Assembly (NCBI GenBank): GCA_965644295.1
Contig: CBFFRP010000217.1
Location: forward strand, 186,001-250,000
Direction: 5' to 3'
Origin: Paraphysomonas bandaiensis
Taxonomy: Eukaryota > Protista > Chrysophyceae
Length of the DNA stretch: 64,000 nucleotides
Below are positions 61,950-64,000 of the stretch, piece after piece; the first letter of the stretch is position 1; each line of letters starts with the position of its first letter. The notes below the pieces were generated by a model. The model saw only the letters and a program-made list of their open reading frames with translations. It had not been told where the DNA came from and did not search any database. The position numbers and the translations under genes are program-made.

Positions 61950-63020
61950 ATGTCTCACTTCCACGACACTCATATCAATGATCCGAGTCGAGCCGCCTCT
62001 ATTCCTGACCATCTACTGGCTAAAAACCAGCAGGCGACCCCGGAAAATATAGCTCTTTTTAAGAGTGCGAAGGCGGGGTCGATGACCGGGGTGCTTAACG
62101 CTATCGATAAGGGTGCCAAACCTGATTTTTTTTATAACCCTGAGGACTCTAAGAACGCCCTCCATGTCGCCGCTGAGGAGGGATACACAGATATCGTGCG
62201 GGAACTTATAAAGGATGGCGCCTGTGTAGACTGTATTGTGCTCGGCTCAAAAGATACCGCTCTCCATCTCGCAACAAGAAATCAGCACACTGAAGTCGTT
62301 AAGATCCTGATCGATGCTGGCGCAAGTTGCACTGCAGGTAATTGTGCGGTGTGAATCAACCAATAGGCATGTTTTCTAATGAATTTTATGCTCGTGTTAT
62401 TGAAATGTGTTACATTACTGAATGCTATGTATTTCTAGTCAACGGATACGGCAACTCAGCTCTTCACGAGGCGATGCGGGAGGACTGTGAGGAGATCTCT
62501 GAGCTACTACTTGCCCAGGGATGTGACGTCAACCTTCCAAACCATAAGGGGAGCACCCCGTTTCATTTTCTCTGCTATCATGAGCAGGCTACTCCTGGCC
62601 ACCTGGAGTTCGCTCGAAAATTGGTTAAGCACGGTGCAGATATTCACGCCCGGGACGGAAGAGGGATGACCCCATTCCTTGTGTGTTGTTCCAGTGGAAG
62701 GTGAGTCCTGCTAGTAATTTCCTCTATTCTAGCTTTGTGAATTCATATATCTTGGTTTTGTGTATGGACGCACTGTTTGCAATATACATCTACATTAAGT
62801 GACTTTCTCGAAATATGTTTAGCATACCGTATTGACCGTTTTCTGTAGGGAGGACCTGATCGATCTCTTGCTTGAGGAAGGAGCTGATCCTACTGTCAGA
62901 GATGGGAGTGGTCGAAGTGCCCATGATATTGCTGAATTTCATCGCCACCCTCACATTATGCAGAGATTCACAGACGAGTCTCCGGTTCACAGATTTCACA
63001 CCGCCTTTGACAGGAAATAA
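61950..63020 (+). CDS. Ankyrin-repeat protein (3 exons)
   Basis: NALHVAAEEGYTDIVRELI, TALHLATRNQHTEVVKILI, GNSALHEAM, GSTPFHFLC, GMTPFLVCC, GRSAHDIA. Confidence 0.92.
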
Positions 63021-63219
63021 ATCCAACAATTATTCCAATCCCTATCGTTATGTTATTCAAGGGCACGTGAGATTTACTCAATTTTAAAGGAAAGTGTAAA
63101 ACTTCTGTTGTTAGTTTTAGTTTATGATGTGATAAAATGATGTATCTCCGTAGTGAATTGTAATAAATCTGGAATGAAATCGACATACACCTTGAGACCT
63201 GGTGGTGAACTTTTTGCAT

Positions 63220-63633
63220 TTAACAGAAGTTGACATTATTTGCTAAGGTTTACTATTCTCAACTGATAAGATGAAATTATAAACATTACATGATAAAGAA
63301 CCTAAGTTGTGTTCGATGTGTTCAACACCATTCATTTACTACTATAGTGTACAAACCACCCACTCAGTGATCGTATCCTGTATAGTCATCCACTTCTACT
63401 TCAGTTTCATACTACATAATATATATGTAATTAACAGAAGTTGACATTATTTGCTAAGGTTTACTATTCTCAACTGATAAGATGAAATTATAAACATTAC
63501 ATGATAAAGAACCTAAGTTGTGTTCGATGTGTTCAACACCATTCATTTACTACTATAGTGTACAAACCACCCACTCAGTGATCGTATCCTGTATAGTCAT
63601 CCACTTCTACTTCAGTTTCATACTACATAATAT
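63220..63633. repeat. Two near-perfect tandem copies of a ~200-bp unit (period 211 bp) inside the putative LTR
   Basis: TAACAGAAGTTGACATT... begins at 63221 and at 63432. Confidence 0.92.
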
Positions 63634-63849
63634 AATGTACTAATTACATATATATCTTTCGATCCTTGCATCTCACATAATACTGCACTCAATTGCAAGT
63701 ATATAGAATCTTCAGATCTCAACACTCCCCCTCAATTGAGTGTTGTACTTATGACGCCTCCCAGCTATTGAATGCCTGAGATAAAAAAATTCTTGACAGT
63801 AAAATAGACTCATCTCTAAGTCTAAACCTCTGTCTAAAAAACTCAGTAC

Positions 63850-63999
63850 CTACTTGCGCCTTCTTTTATCCCTTGGTCCCTCATTAATCACTTCAGTGGA
63901 ACTCTTAACTTTCTCTCCAAGATTTCTCTTTCTCTGCTCCATATATGATAAACCAACCAATGACTTTGTATAAATATCTGCTGCTTGTTGCGATGTATG
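63850..63999 (-). CDS. Copia pol C-terminus (RNase H), partial
   Basis: HTSQQAADIYTKSLVGLSYMEQRKRNLGEK...KRRRK*. Confidence 0.85.
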   Translation of the reverse strand, partial: HTSQQAADIYTKSLVGLSYMEQRKRNLGEKVKSSTEVINEGPRDKRRRK

Positions 64000-64000
64000 C

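Larger units (their letters stand above)
63109..64000 (-). mobile_element. 3' end of a Ty1/Copia LTR retrotransposon (RNase H end, PPT, 3' LTR); continues beyond the window
   Basis: Minus strand HTSQQAADIYTKSL....RKRNLG (Copia RNase H terminus), stop at 63850. PPT GAGGGGGAG (63733-63725) abuts the LTR start TGTTGAG at 63724. LTR end near 63106-63109 is an estimate. Confidence 0.85.

Noticed and set aside
1-64000. Prokaryotic operons, rRNA genes, CRISPR arrays or a non-standard genetic code
   Set aside because: Genes are interrupted by spliceosomal GT-AG introns and end in standard stops; no rRNA or repeat-spacer structure was seen.

Overview
Eukaryotic nuclear DNA, read with the standard genetic code and mostly ~45-60 nt GT-AG introns. 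Gene content and transposon types suggest a stramenopile protist (inference). There are about 19 host genes: an ARM-repeat protein, an intronless bacterial-like GNAT acetyltransferase, an HSF factor, a giant four-repeat cyclic-nucleotide-binding-domain (CNBD) channel with EF-hands, an M17 leucyl aminopeptidase, an MHS-type MFS transporter, a JmjC protein, COX16, a PDCD4-N-terminus-like microprotein, an mS37-like protein, a coiled-coil protein, two PIH1-domain proteins fused to PH/FYVE/PX-like modules, APC8/CDC23, two tandem RAE1 copies, a CLN5-like type-I membrane protein and an ankyrin protein. Mobile DNA: (i) a 4.5-kb IS630/Tc1-type DD34E transposon with 198-bp TIRs and a TA duplication, inserted in a (TACA)n microsatellite; it carries a second, convergent, spliced ~530-aa orphan gene and a nested 1033-bp hAT element; (ii) a 1019-bp MULE-like TIR element whose empty site is visible in the duplicate; (iii) several decayed hAT transposase remnants; (iv) the 3' end of a Ty1/Copia element. 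The best candidates for undescribed biology are the two-gene TIR transposon, the asymmetric-pore 24-TM CNBD channel, the PIH1-lipid-module fusion family, the RAE1 paralogs diverging in the known viral-antagonist pocket, and a CLN5 homolog with Ser at the catalytic Cys position. All family assignments come from motif recognition by eye; no database searches were run. Exon boundaries are approximate.
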